Positions 41,301 through 49,268 of a stretch of 64,000 nucleotides of DNA are shown piece by piece. Made by a program: the position numbers and the translations under genes. The notes under the pieces were generated by a model. The model was given only the letters and a program-made list of their open reading frames with translations, was not told where the DNA came from and did no database searches. The stretch spans positions 16,724-80,723 of IMG/VR virus record IMGVR_UViG_3300002026_000014. One strand, written 5' to 3'. Each line of letters opens with the position of its first letter. Positions within the stretch are counted from its first letter, which is position 1. The stretch is from a virus. Taxonomy: Duplodnaviria > Caudoviricetes.

Positions 41301-41883
41301 CGGTAAGGGTGACGGTAAATCAGGTGGTGGTAGAGGATCAGTTAACCCATCATTGGTCAGTCCAGATAGTTCAGCCGAACTTACTGATACAGCCGGTGGT
41401 GGTAGAGGATCAGTTAACCCTGAATATGTAACTGATTCAACAACTGACATTGTTAGAAACGATGCCAATACAACACCGCTTCAAACACCTAATGAAGTAC
41501 CGGATAACACAGCGATAACACCGCCAGCTGTATCCAGTAAAATAACAGTGAGTGAATCTTTAAACAGTATAAGTAAAACACCTCTAAATGATTCATACGG
41601 GTTTAATCCAGTATTGGCTAATAAGAGAAGCGATGTCGACAAGAATGCAATTAGTAAAGAGTTATTCCAAACAACAGAAGGGCTACTGGGTCAATCTCTA
41701 GATGTAGAAAAGCAAATGTTGGATATATTGAAAAATATATTTGGTGTGATAAGTAAGGGTAATACTAGTAGTTCAAACTCTAGTCCAACTGAACCACCTC
41801 AAATCAATGCTCCTAAAACAGCACCAACAAAACCGTACGCTCCACCTAAAGTACCTGTACCCATGCTAAAGACGTTAGTTTAA
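32350..41883 (+). CDS. Giant tail/ejection protein (phiKZ gp181-like) with S74-like, M15 peptidase and lytic transglycosylase domains
   Basis: N-terminal DFDFELEPPKDDRKPI; D(I/V)YVxGE...PRL repeats; Gly/Ala-rich hydrophobic stretch; SGYR...SLHEYGLAID...EPWH (M15); AIESNFNP...ASGLYQF (SLT). Confidence 0.88.
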   Translation: MKKGTVKQNNIDNDFDLNSDLDMGDFDFELEPPKDDRKPIIKLGAGFIEGAKSGIRDTSFLKKTLKDVLPKGFGDTLDMSDKVGQNIRGIYDDSVKEIKPAIKDFKRVAAKLVPKDSSFVPKKVSDMIKRWEEEAKSNDRDGTASKDSQREDFLNIQLTEAFKEQFTQAAKDRGEDAATTKLQQGLELTRHRDLFGAVNQSNLFLSRLDNYQTNITLKYQKKSLEVHYRQLFATQDILEETRKSFALQTTSFEKIVKNTALPDFVKINNSEFRNQVFKNKFYESIQRGLFGGKDDFIEKIFKNIKEKAKEKVSSFTNDFRMGLSGAEMGTDSLESMKDMGGPGGVEMAGSLAGSLGAQTAGGWLAKKVVKPFLDKNQGVQDTFNKAGRYVNNAGRHLTDFKNSDKYQDTYDPDQPLASKMKNGLFRFIQDILPGQGIETTMDKVGSKDMDSPYVITRRTDKSLNEVIPGYLARILREVQVIRTGNNDVELTKFDFDSSKFISASQSLLNAKNILIPKKAINHTAKSVDELLNQVDPSGTKLTENLRTQIKQTLLSNDPANSKMSVSSLIDKMDPKKLLKPELRKLLEKILVSKSSNASGVNESLDELMEMLDSGKLSKSARAELKKKLLDNSVSNKGANKGNLAKRSGYSSEHASEISSHMEEYFSKVSKTDLEKFEDKHNSIKNNFPDPRTYMQEMINLGRGDELEEMGLLNEDGVTFNTSKYLEYFRGSKDLGETTPTPTTGKRKKKRKLVRSDISAKKDFKKFNGKSALDAIKKTLISAWNYKDGKGDGGSHVGPMAQTVNKTMGEDAAPGSDKIDLVTMNGMTMSAIQELDKRQQKIGNGKVSGKVRNSDKPNNNSLDNHLLSIRCLLEEIRDTSKASISIALGGIPNFSSDVDFSKFNVNGFNVNKFKTWYNSNRDKAIKAGEKAKQTFDDTIPGMLSRWMYNGAEGTGKAYNYAKDKTVTGTKIATEQIGKAAKATKEKAIKTFTKTQAWYENDIYDIWREGEDKPRLYAIRISHGAYVNLKTGKAIYHQREITGPIADANNLSRILISEEDLPFLYTRNPKSLVKRAFKASKDFTVDTFNKAKDKINEYTPSVIKFAKELVEGAWSNTKLVVNKAYSFIDSPVDIYVKGDTLPTLLAVVMKGGGYFSCMTNKPIIRPGEIDGPVKGVDGNIILTLDHIKKGLVDHLGNPLKTPLDKIRNLLSDTLDGGIRLGNLAWEGVKTFGRKASKALGSLFSEFSIEINGKKSLGVLEQIRDLLYNKYKRYIPKSSKQTDNKTNSELKTTSSKPTELGSKVQARAMNALEVVKDVAKDIYVQGETSPRILDFKLKLGHYKDAITNITITDLKDIINDVKDEAGKVVLSATDLTKLAYYDVKANVYKKLELAKNSKILSDLKNTAAKAANLLPPSTQGAISSAMNKAKDALTNAKDKVMDVYASASADPVLYASKLAQGLYRDKETNGVITHQSQITGEVVDENNNTVITREDLPKLSTFSIESGRFKPLKLIGRGIMAIVKPLWYYQTKIAPKMVAWNFKMIGKALKLGGKIISGALGLGKGKCRDVFVGEEKEPRLYATKLELGHYRLKDSNKVIFHHTDITGEVVDENDQVKLFDEDLDNLKVYNSILRVFNPFKLIGWVGKKIGQGTVWFQKKMLGLSKSIFKGIGWVGKKVITGIVNYMSKPGDVYVIDRPKSPALRGELMKAGEYISSVSNKIISKISDIDGEIKNVETGEIVLSEEDIKKGLINSQGKPIKLTLLKFIGSMLGKLNRAFSMKVALKGKRVGGPAVPKRESSKAKLLSTPEEKTASYTEKTVNVLQDMLAVLKRKFEPKKILGDKDGDGIRENSYEDIMRKKGFLTASKDKDKTANKALPTKAKTDESKPGFLGGLFNKIFGKKEDVAEESLDELSQIKKILLKIAISGGMGGKSNIPDLPDGPDGKKGKAGKVSKLAKYAKWGGRALGVGGTALAGYSAYQNIKEGNYGDAAIDAATGVGTAVAGSALAGAGTGALAGTGALAGASAGAMGTLGAIGTGAAAIGSGLLAVISSPVVLAAGAVALTGYGLYRGYKYLKNRSQSPFDKIRYAQYGFDRNKPEHASKILQLEAYLMDLVEINNGSASIKEEKLDVEKCLSPFELDHKNSDDVNLFFDWYRRRFKAVYLTHVTALFAINKSKDLTSDMSLDDSEKKTFINAIRFPNGPYSETCMPLKDLGANYKCSNGKDVSEVIEEVIKELKLDKPKDDKKVEVVGAATKAAMDNQNDNANPTGDPRLLNNGSLNSNDDKLKLPNGTMAAQSSVNKNMLLGNDKATALDAVKYKAYGLVELDADKVRALKQLEAEVLPTVVYSSGNIASWDGNPIKILDKLAGAYGIGDIYSKEAGNWIFWFRNRFLPVYLGYLTGYAVLTGKTSSGQGNDLIKPVNQIDLAKILAGLSGIWSVIKSPWPDYKLNTDSSSTKDNIEFLISVAKDIKLEEEKKTYTPTKETEKLTPPKETNNLNIKKVEDTKQVASVDAGEQKPKDVPASSSSMGPTPKTPPMADGERLDGKNALTAVKFAKGATLNRTNPALTKLFYGMVQEYNEKTHKTVGVNSGYRTREQQEAEYAKDPSKAAKPGTSLHEYGLAIDVNSKTLDEMEEMGLMKKYGLTRPVGGEPWHLEPAGIQTRADLFRNNPSSATVAIDEGVGRGGGGMGTLPGTAHTRNTQYAMKLLGAPVDAYLKTQITKDIDKRALKTPVNDKATEVAKSDSKQGKPDAGKYDSPKVDTPVSGENKPAPVTTAGQSDLSKKEKLPSDPSVKIPEPTGPGFEGLKATVEAAAKMVGVDPKLALSTVAIESNFNPNAKAKTSSASGLYQFTNSTWNESLAKHGSKYGLDPNTSVFEPKANSIMGAQFIKTNTQSLTGRVKRNIGPTETYIAHFLGAGGAAEFLGALENNPDQLAAELMPAAAKSNSSIFYDKGRPRTVSEVFTLLDNKVREKAKIYGVEMPPVNGGKGDGKSGGGRGSVNPSLVSPDSSAELTDTAGGGRGSVNPEYVTDSTTDIVRNDANTTPLQTPNEVPDNTAITPPAVSSKITVSESLNSISKTPLNDSYGFNPVLANKRSDVDKNAISKELFQTTEGLLGQSLDVEKQMLDILKNIFGVISKGNTSSSNSSPTEPPQINAPKTAPTKPYAPPKVPVPMLKTLV

Positions 41884-41888
41884 ACATG

Positions 41889-41933
41889 TCATAAATCCCA
41901 ATATAGAGGATTAACTCTATATTGGGATTTATA
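41889..41933. terminator. Terminator-like hairpin
   Basis: ATAAATCCCAATATAGAG...CTCTATATTGGGATTTAT. Confidence 0.7.
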
Positions 41934-41975
41934 TTTTGTTGAGCAATAAAATGAACGATATCAATAAAAAGGATT

Positions 41976-44138
41976 ATGATGGCTACTGAGAAAATAAAAT
42001 TACTTAAAGGAAGTTATATCGACGCATTAGCTGAAGATATACTATCGCAAAGACCTCCTGCTGATGAAATACCTGGCGGTATGCCAAGAGACGATGAGTG
42101 GAGAAAACAGTCTTTCATTACTAGTGATGGTTCATGGGTAAACAATGTATTCGTGGTATCTGTTAATTTAGAGGCTACAGATGAAATAAATAGAAATTTC
42201 TCCACAGCTACATTCAAATATACGGACTCCAGTTTAGGTGGAAATTTTCACATTAACCCACCACCGCAGTTTACTCGATATGCTGACATTAGGCATAAAG
42301 GTATCAAAAAAGAATCAGTATATAGTGGTTTAGATTATTCATCTAAAGATGGTGGTATGGGTAGATACTACTCAGAGGCAATCGATGACAATGGTCAAGT
42401 GATACACCTTCGATTTGGCGTGCCTCAATATAATTCACTAACACAATTTTTTACAGGTTTTTATAATAGCTCAGCTTCTAATTTAGCCAGAACAGGTAGA
42501 TTAGACCAAAGTTTAATTTCTAAATTTTTAGAAATGGCTGGAAACGTAATTGCGATAGCACTTTTACCATTACTGATTGTACCCGTAGGTATGATCATGC
42601 TAGGTTCAGCTATTCGTTTCGCTATGAAATGGCCTAGTAGTAAATTTTATTATTTGAAACCAGCGATGCCGATGTATTGGGAAGCGGTTTCGTCAATGGT
42701 GAATCAAATCGGTGTAAATAAAGGTATGATACATTATACTGCTGCCGACGATACCAGTATGATAAATCAGAAACATAAATATACAGATGCCGATTATAGT
42801 ATTTTTCATTCAATATTTCCAGAATTTAATAAGAGCGGTTTAATAGACGTATACGCCATTGCAAATAAATCAAAGAGATTAGAGATGAGGCATCGCGTAG
42901 CTATGCAAGATCTTTATAATTCTTTTGCAGCAACCGGTAACACCGATCCAGAGGCCTGGTATGGTAAAGTAAGAAACTTTATGGACGCACAAGGGGATTA
43001 TTTGGATAGACCAAGTAAAGGTGAAGGCACCACATTCTCATTAGAAGCCTATTTGACTAGATGGATAAGTGCTAATATTTTAGGTAAATCTAAAGATAAA
43101 GATGGTAAAGCTCCAACAGAAAAAGGTGTTCGTCAAAGTGCTGAATCAAAAACACAAGCCTCAGCAGATGCAGCCGCTGCACCTTATAAAGCTGAAGAGG
43201 AACCAGATGAAAATGCACTGATATTCTTTGTAGCTGAACAAGCAGATGGTTCACAATGGGCATCTTTTAAGGTAGATTACACTGGACCTGCAAATGAAGC
43301 ATTTAATAACTCTGTAGGTGAATCGACATTAGCTCAAAAACTTAACAGTTTTTCTAATAATGCACGAAATATCAAAATCAATTTTGCTGATGGTAATATT
43401 GATGGCATGGGTGCCATCAAAGGAATTGTGGATGCCGCTGGATCAATTTTACAAAACACTGCAGACTTTCTACAGATAGGTGGATTAGCTGCTTTTGCTG
43501 GTAATGCAATTGTTGATATTCCTAAACATTGGGAGTCTGCGTCAGCCCAATTAACCAAAGCTAATTACACCATTACACTAATCAGCCCTTACGGAAATCC
43601 AGTATCCCAAATGTTCAGTATATACATGCCACTATGTATGTTGTTAGCTGGAGCATTACCGTTATCAACTGGTAAACAATCATACACATCTCCTTTCATG
43701 TGCGAGCTATACGACAGAGGTAGGGTGATTACTAAGTTAGGTATAATAGACAGTTTAACAATACAAAGAGGTACAGCTAATTTAGGATTTAACAATGAAG
43801 GTCAACCAATGGCGATTGAAGTGAGTTTTAGCGTATTAGACATGTCTACTATCATGTCCATGCCAATTAGCCAAGGATTTAGTTTAATACCTAAAGATGG
43901 TTTATTTGACGACGAAAATGCATTCAGTAGTTATTTGATGACACTCTCATCTTTGAGTTTGAGAGACTCTGAACAAAGATGGCCTATACTTAAAAATCAG
44001 GTAGCTAAAATTATGGCTGATGCCGAGCAATTTTTCACTGCCTCAAACTTTACACAGTATGCAGCTAATCTACCAGGTGTTAATCTTTTATCCAGTTTAT
44101 TCCGTGGAGCTGGAGCGAGACCAACTATAGCCGAATAG
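41976..44138 (+). CDS. Baseplate/tail structural protein (phiKZ gp182-like)
   Basis: FKYTDSSLGGN..INPPPQFTRYADIR, GMGRYYSEAIDDN, FGVPQYNSL, QSYTSPF, GIIDSLTIQRG. Confidence 0.82.
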   Translation: MMATEKIKLLKGSYIDALAEDILSQRPPADEIPGGMPRDDEWRKQSFITSDGSWVNNVFVVSVNLEATDEINRNFSTATFKYTDSSLGGNFHINPPPQFTRYADIRHKGIKKESVYSGLDYSSKDGGMGRYYSEAIDDNGQVIHLRFGVPQYNSLTQFFTGFYNSSASNLARTGRLDQSLISKFLEMAGNVIAIALLPLLIVPVGMIMLGSAIRFAMKWPSSKFYYLKPAMPMYWEAVSSMVNQIGVNKGMIHYTAADDTSMINQKHKYTDADYSIFHSIFPEFNKSGLIDVYAIANKSKRLEMRHRVAMQDLYNSFAATGNTDPEAWYGKVRNFMDAQGDYLDRPSKGEGTTFSLEAYLTRWISANILGKSKDKDGKAPTEKGVRQSAESKTQASADAAAAPYKAEEEPDENALIFFVAEQADGSQWASFKVDYTGPANEAFNNSVGESTLAQKLNSFSNNARNIKINFADGNIDGMGAIKGIVDAAGSILQNTADFLQIGGLAAFAGNAIVDIPKHWESASAQLTKANYTITLISPYGNPVSQMFSIYMPLCMLLAGALPLSTGKQSYTSPFMCELYDRGRVITKLGIIDSLTIQRGTANLGFNNEGQPMAIEVSFSVLDMSTIMSMPISQGFSLIPKDGLFDDENAFSSYLMTLSSLSLRDSEQRWPILKNQVAKIMADAEQFFTASNFTQYAANLPGVNLLSSLFRGAGARPTIAE

Positions 44139-44164
44139 AGTTTCATTTACTAACAATAAACAAC

Positions 44165-44201
44165 ATAATACATATACTCTTTTATGGAGTATATGTATTA
44201 T
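44165..44201. terminator. Bidirectional terminator between convergent genes
   Basis: ATAATACATATACTC-ttttatg-GAGTATATGTATTAT. Confidence 0.75.
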
Positions 44202-44208
44202 TGTTTGT

Positions 44209-45486
44209 TTAATCTTCTAACCACATTTCTCTACTACCTATTTCTCTTCTTCTTAAAAAAGATTCATATGAGTTAGATGTATAATCATCTTCTAACCACA
44301 TTTCTCTGCTACCTAACTCTCTTCTCCTTAAATACGACTCATATGGCGTTGGAGTGTAATCAGGTTCAATGGCGGCTACTAGCGGGAAATTTGCTTTAAT
44401 CTCTGATTGAGTGTCAGTGCCTTTGTAATCAGATGCTAAGCACATATATTTATCACTGCTAGTATTAATAGAGTTATTAAAATTATCAGGATCATCTGTA
44501 TTTATTACATTATATTCGCTAGTAGCATACATGTTTTGCATATCTAAAAAATCTGGACTAGCGTTACTTATGTAAGATGCATCTAATGACACATCTGTGT
44601 CTGATCTTCTGCAAATACCCCAGTCAGGATCTATCTTAGGTAGCGAAGATTTAATCACGCCATAATCTCTGATTATATCTTCCGTAGTAGCAAATGGCGG
44701 TTTAACATATTTTGAAGTAAATTCACCTGCAAAATCAGGAGAATACTTAGTAATGTCTCTAGCTGTTTTGCCATTGGCCATTTGTTCTAATAGCGATACA
44801 TCACTATTTTTAATTAAATCCGGTATTAGATTTTTTGTAATACCACCTAGCATTTTCTGATCTTGTATACAATTAACTATTCCTGAGAAAGGATTAGGTA
44901 TGCCTAATCCAGAGGCTTCTCTAATTAAGTTACTGATCAAGTTTGTTAATCCGGCTAAATCTTTAAATATCAAAGGTAGCGTGTTATTACAAGCTAAACT
45001 ATTTAGCATAGTACCTAAACCGTTGAGCGTCTGTAAATTTGCATTTACTATTGTTTTAGATATACCGCCGACAGTAGCTACTACGTTGTTGTATTTATTT
45101 ATCTCACCTCTTGCTCCGCGATATATATCTTGAACAGGTGCAGTTACGTTATTTACTTTTAATAACTTAGATTGTAGATCTTCTGGTAGACTCTTTAAGC
45201 CACTCATTAAATCGCTATTAGCTGATATAATTCCTTTTAAGAGACTATCTGGATTTAATTCTAAACCGTCACCCTTTTTACACATCCCTAGAGCTGTCTC
45301 TTTAGGTGCAAAAGCATCGAGTAAATTACCACCCTTAACACCTTTCATTGGATCGCCTGATGCAGCGTCACTGTTTCCAGGGTCCATGTTAACGGGTATA
45401 GAATCTTCTTTAGTATACGCGTCAACTGTCGCTACTTCATCTTTGGGTCCAGCATGAAATGTTGTATCTGTTAGTCTAGATCTCAC
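44209..45486 (-). CDS. Putative virion structural protein (start reassigned to GTG 45486)
   Basis: AAAGGAAACATC-GTG in frame; track ATG 45537 lies inside a hairpin; TFHAGPKDEVATVDAY N-terminus. Confidence 0.7.
   Translation of the reverse strand: MRSRLTDTTFHAGPKDEVATVDAYTKEDSIPVNMDPGNSDAASGDPMKGVKGGNLLDAFAPKETALGMCKKGDGLELNPDSLLKGIISANSDLMSGLKSLPEDLQSKLLKVNNVTAPVQDIYRGARGEINKYNNVVATVGGISKTIVNANLQTLNGLGTMLNSLACNNTLPLIFKDLAGLTNLISNLIREASGLGIPNPFSGIVNCIQDQKMLGGITKNLIPDLIKNSDVSLLEQMANGKTARDITKYSPDFAGEFTSKYVKPPFATTEDIIRDYGVIKSSLPKIDPDWGICRRSDTDVSLDASYISNASPDFLDMQNMYATSEYNVINTDDPDNFNNSINTSSDKYMCLASDYKGTDTQSEIKANFPLVAAIEPDYTPTPYESYLRRRELGSREMWLEDDYTSNSYESFLRRREIGSREMWLED
44212..44345 (-). repeat. 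Tandem duplication, 59-bp copies 75 bp apart
   Basis: Encodes YESYLRRRELGSREMWLED / YESFLRRREIGSREMWLED. Confidence 0.85.
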
Positions 45487-45526
45487 GATGTTTCCTTTAA
45501 AAACAAAAAATAAATATATATCGTTA

Positions 45527-45553
45527 TTGCATACCATTTAAAATGGTATGCAA
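45527..45553. terminator. Hairpin after 45570..46523
   Basis: TTGCATACCATTT-a-AAATGGTATGCAA. Confidence 0.65.
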
Positions 45554-45569
45554 AAAACGAATATTTATT

Positions 45570-46523
45570 TTATTTGAAATTCAAATTCTCTAAGAAACTA
45601 AAATCTGGCAGAAGATTTTTGTTTTCAGTTTCTTTGATTCTTTTCAGAGTAGAACGAATTTCATCAATTACTGCACAATACCAAATTGCTTCAGGTGTGG
45701 ATTTTTTCTGATTAAACTCACCGAAATAAAAGTAATTTTTAAACGGCAATGTAGATTTAATAAGATCATCAATTGCATGTTCATTCATGTTTACTTTGAT
45801 CCATGTAGCATCAGCAATGATGATTCTAAAGCCGTCCACAGTACGCATGCTGTGCTGCTTGGCTTCCCTTCTGCATTCACCACCGTAAAGATATCTAAAG
45901 CAATCTGCATCGTCTGAGCATTTTACAAAATACCATAGACCACCTACTGATTCGAAACCACCTAGCTCTGGATGAAAGAATGGTGCATATGCGTTGATGT
46001 CCAAAAACCTACCCAAAGGTGTAGCACCCCAATCAGAAATATTAATGTGATCTACACCATCTACTTCTTTAGCAAGACTAGTTCCTTTAAATGCTTTTTC
46101 TAGGTAAGGCGTAGCTTGGCGAACTGGTGGTGCGTAAGGTTTACTTTTTGGAATTTTTGGTTTATCAGCTTTAACATTTTTCGGTTTACTGAATTTATTA
46201 ATAAGTTCCCCTACTTTAGGATTACTTTGAAGATCATCACTTTTTTGTTCAATTTTATCCCCGTGAACAGTATATTTCTGTTCGGAAATATGAAGATTTG
46301 GTTTACCTAGTAAAATACTATCTTCTTCAGTTACAGAATGTTCTTCAAATGCTTTCAATAATTCTTCAGCACTAGAAATAGTTGGAGTGGGGGATTGATC
46401 TTCAATTTGATTTGATAATTCTTGTGACATAGAGCGGTATTGTACAATAGGAGTACCTTCAACTAATTGAATTTGCTCAGCAGTATCATCCGATGAAATA
46501 ATTTGATCTAAAGTGTTTTCCAT
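45570..46523 (-). CDS. Conserved phiKZ-like protein, disordered N-terminus, possible NADAR-like C-domain
   Basis: DGVDHINIS...TPLGRFL...APFFHPELGGFESVGGLWY. Confidence 0.7.
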   Translation of the reverse strand: MENTLDQIISSDDTAEQIQLVEGTPIVQYRSMSQELSNQIEDQSPTPTISSAEELLKAFEEHSVTEEDSILLGKPNLHISEQKYTVHGDKIEQKSDDLQSNPKVGELINKFSKPKNVKADKPKIPKSKPYAPPVRQATPYLEKAFKGTSLAKEVDGVDHINISDWGATPLGRFLDINAYAPFFHPELGGFESVGGLWYFVKCSDDADCFRYLYGGECRREAKQHSMRTVDGFRIIIADATWIKVNMNEHAIDDLIKSTLPFKNYFYFGEFNQKKSTPEAIWYCAVIDEIRSTLKRIKETENKNLLPDFSFLENLNFK

Positions 46524-46526
46524 TTT

Positions 46527-47045
46527 TTACTCTTGGTTTGACAAATACAACAAATAAACGACAACGATGTGTTTATTATTAATTAAAAAATCCCTAAGGT
46601 GATTTCTATTTTTTGTTTTTAAATATTTTCTCCACCATACTTTCTGAATATTTAATTCTTCAAATATGTTACTAGGGCAAGATTGTGCTATGCTTAAAGG
46701 TATGATATTTTTATCAGTATCAATACCATCTATAGTTAGTCCGTCCTCTAGATTAGAAATTAATTTTTCTAAAAAATCTGCATCGCCTATCAATGTATAA
46801 AATCTAAAAGACAAATCTAAAATAAACTGAGTTATAACCGAGTCATTAAAAATGCTATCATTTAAAGATTGCATTTTATCAGGTCTCATTGAATAACACG
46901 GTATCATTAAAGATATTTGTTCTATAAAAGATTCTACCACATTTTTTTCAGTATCGGTACATTTAACAATCACAGAATCATAACACTCTATAAATTGATT
47001 TAATGTATCTCTCATCTCACTTGAAGTCAACCTTTTTATCATCAA
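46527..47045 (-). CDS. Hypothetical protein
   Basis: 172 aa, overlaps upstream ORF end. Confidence 0.6.
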   Translation of the reverse strand: MMIKRLTSSEMRDTLNQFIECYDSVIVKCTDTEKNVVESFIEQISLMIPCYSMRPDKMQSLNDSIFNDSVITQFILDLSFRFYTLIGDADFLEKLISNLEDGLTIDGIDTDKNIIPLSIAQSCPSNIFEELNIQKVWWRKYLKTKNRNHLRDFLINNKHIVVVYLLYLSNQE

Positions 47046-47484
47046 TAACCTCTTCTATATTTTGATCGTCTTCATCTCCATCAAACATTTCAACGCTACT
47101 AGATAAATCTATAGAGTGATCTAGCACATAGTGCTTTCCAGAATTCGTAGTTAACTCTAATGTAATTTTCAAGTGCTTCATCTTCAAGACTTTTAATCCT
47201 TTAACAAACACTTTAAAAGTCATTTCTTTTTTCTCGAATTCCCTTCTAAGATTGCCCCTAGTAAATAGTTTTGCTACACGGTTATCGGGTATTCTCTTCT
47301 TAGCTTTTATTATGAAATCATTTAACAGTATCTCAAATTGACCGGGGCCAATTACCAGACCATGTAATGTTCTTCTCCATAAACCAGCCAATATACCACC
47401 AATACCTCTAACTTCACTAATGCATTTAAATGGATCTTTTAATATACGGTCCATCTCACCTTGTGTTTTTAAATTAACTGTCAT
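47017..47484 (-). CDS. Conserved hypothetical protein
   Basis: GILAGLWRR...RGNLRREFEKKEMTFKVFVKGL. Confidence 0.7.
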   Translation of the reverse strand: MTVNLKTQGEMDRILKDPFKCISEVRGIGGILAGLWRRTLHGLVIGPGQFEILLNDFIIKAKKRIPDNRVAKLFTRGNLRREFEKKEMTFKVFVKGLKVLKMKHLKITLELTTNSGKHYVLDHSIDLSSSVEMFDGDEDDQNIEEVIDDKKVDFK

Positions 47485-47971
47485 GTTTATACCTTAAAAA
47501 GAATAAAGTAATTGCATTTAAATGGCTTGAAAATGCAGTCAAGATTCTCAAATTGTGTTCTTGTTTATTTGTCTCAGATTTATTAATGTCTAAAACATGT
47601 TTACAAAATACAATGTATTGGTGTTTAAATTCTTTCAATGTGTCTACAGGGTCTGAATAAATATTTCTATTATTTATTAGAAATTTCTCTAAAGTAACTT
47701 CTGTATAAATATACCTACACCAGTCGCTGTTAATCAATCTATCATCGTTTAAACTTAAGTTTAAATATTTAAGTTTATCTATGTATGTTTCTAAGTTATG
47801 ATATATCACACTTAGCTTAAACATGCATGCCGTTGTCACGGAATATGTTTTAAATAGTTCAGGATCCAACGCATTAATGTACGCTAAATACTGATCATTG
47901 GTTTGGTCTGTAGTGTAATAATTGGATATCCAATACACTTTTATTTTAGTAAGTGTTCTTCGTAACCACAC
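47474..47971 (-). CDS. Hypothetical protein (GTG start)
   Basis: AAAGGAGTAAT-GTG; 165 aa. Confidence 0.65.
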   Translation of the reverse strand: MWLRRTLTKIKVYWISNYYTTDQTNDQYLAYINALDPELFKTYSVTTACMFKLSVIYHNLETYIDKLKYLNLSLNDDRLINSDWCRYIYTEVTLEKFLINNRNIYSDPVDTLKEFKHQYIVFCKHVLDINKSETNKQEHNLRILTAFSSHLNAITLFFLRYKHDS

Positions 47972-48081
47972 ATTACTCCTTTCTCTACGTTATATATATG
48001 ACTATCACCTATACTAACTGTTATGCATATTAGTAATATGTGGTTATAAAAAAATACAAACAGAATTGAAAGTTAATCATC

Positions 48082-48489
48082 ATGAATACAAACAACACAG
48101 ATCTAGATCAGAGCGATCTAGATCTTGATTATGTCAGAGTTAAGAGAAAAGAAGTAATTGAATCTCTTACTAAAAAAGGCACACCTGAAGACATTAAAGA
48201 AGTCCAAACTTTATTAATGGCTTTATCTGATATGGACAGGGCTGCACTTAGCAAAAAGAAAATTAAAGTAGATAAAGACATCGGCGCTAATCATAATCAG
48301 GCGATGGAGTTAATTGCTAAAATTTTCACAGATCCTTCAGTTAAAAAAATGGGGGTGTCAGATATAGTGGCAAATAGATTATTACCTGAATTAGGTAGCG
48401 ATGTTTCAACTCCTGATCTAATAGATGGTGAAACAGGTGACAATCTGGGTTCAGAAAATTACGACACGTTCATGTCGCGGGTTTCTTAA
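48082..48489 (+). CDS. Conserved hypothetical protein
   Basis: 135 aa, LSDMDRAALSKKKIKVD helix. Confidence 0.65.
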   Translation: MNTNNTDLDQSDLDLDYVRVKRKEVIESLTKKGTPEDIKEVQTLLMALSDMDRAALSKKKIKVDKDIGANHNQAMELIAKIFTDPSVKKMGVSDIVANRLLPELGSDVSTPDLIDGETGDNLGSENYDTFMSRVS

Positions 48490-48497
48490 AATATATA

Positions 48498-48533
48498 ATG
48501 TCTCAATGGCTATAAAGGTCATTGAGACATTAT
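48498..48533. terminator. Hairpin between convergent genes
   Basis: AATGTCTCAATG...CATTGAGACATT. Confidence 0.6.
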
Positions 48534-49268
48534 ATTATTTTGAGGTGTATTTGCACAAAATAAATTAATAGGTAAAAATTGTAAACTAATAAATTCACAT
48601 ACTAACATAGTCATTAATTCAAATGGATCTGATGAATTATTTGAAAATAATTTCTTTTCGTCATCACTTAAACTTCTAATAAAACTTAGTCTAGGTACAT
48701 ACAAAATAGTATCTTTTAATATTTTAGTTTGAAGCTTACGATTATGTAAATTTAACCAATCCACATAATCATACATAATCAGCGCATTGTAATTTTCTTT
48801 TACATGTTCACAGGTAAGTTGCTGCGGTGACATATTAGTAGCTGTCACTAAAAATTGCTCGTTGAGTAAAACATATACGGCTCTAACAATTATTGACACT
48901 TCCAATTTTGATAACTCATAAGGATGAATATTAATAGTTATACTAGCATTAGATGCATGTGGTGTATTAATAGTTCTAATTACAACCGTATTACATAATT
49001 CAAAAATGAATGGATAAATGTTAGTTTTTAATGAATTCTCTACAACTTCATTTGGGAAATTATTTTTTACTTTTAAAAATAATTCCTTACTTAAAATACC
49101 TAATTTTTCATCTTCAAATAAATCAGTTTCTCTTTTATAGTAATCCGGCTTACTAGTTACATTAAATGCAAAATCTGGATCTATCTTAAGTAATGTTCCT
49201 AATCTTGTATCCAGTAATGCATCTAAAGAAACTAAAATTGTTTTATTATTTTGCTTTGCATCAGTCAT
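48519..49268 (-). CDS. Conserved phiKZ-like protein
   Basis: ILVSLDALLDTRLGTL, ITINIHPYEL, LIMYDYVDWL motifs. Confidence 0.7.
   Translation of the reverse strand: MTDAKQNNKTILVSLDALLDTRLGTLLKIDPDFAFNVTSKPDYYKRETDLFEDEKLGILSKELFLKVKNNFPNEVVENSLKTNIYPFIFELCNTVVIRTINTPHASNASITINIHPYELSKLEVSIIVRAVYVLLNEQFLVTATNMSPQQLTCEHVKENYNALIMYDYVDWLNLHNRKLQTKILKDTILYVPRLSFIRSLSDDEKKLFSNNSSDPFELMTMLVCEFISLQFLPINLFCANTPQNNIMSQ

Noticed and set aside
33990-41468. Minus-strand ORFs within the 3177-aa gene
   Set aside because: Antisense shadows with no SD or recognisable motifs.
45487-45537. N-terminal extension MVCNNDIYLFFVFKGNI of the 44209 ORF
   Set aside because: It starts inside a terminator-like hairpin; an SD-supported GTG at 45486 is the better start.
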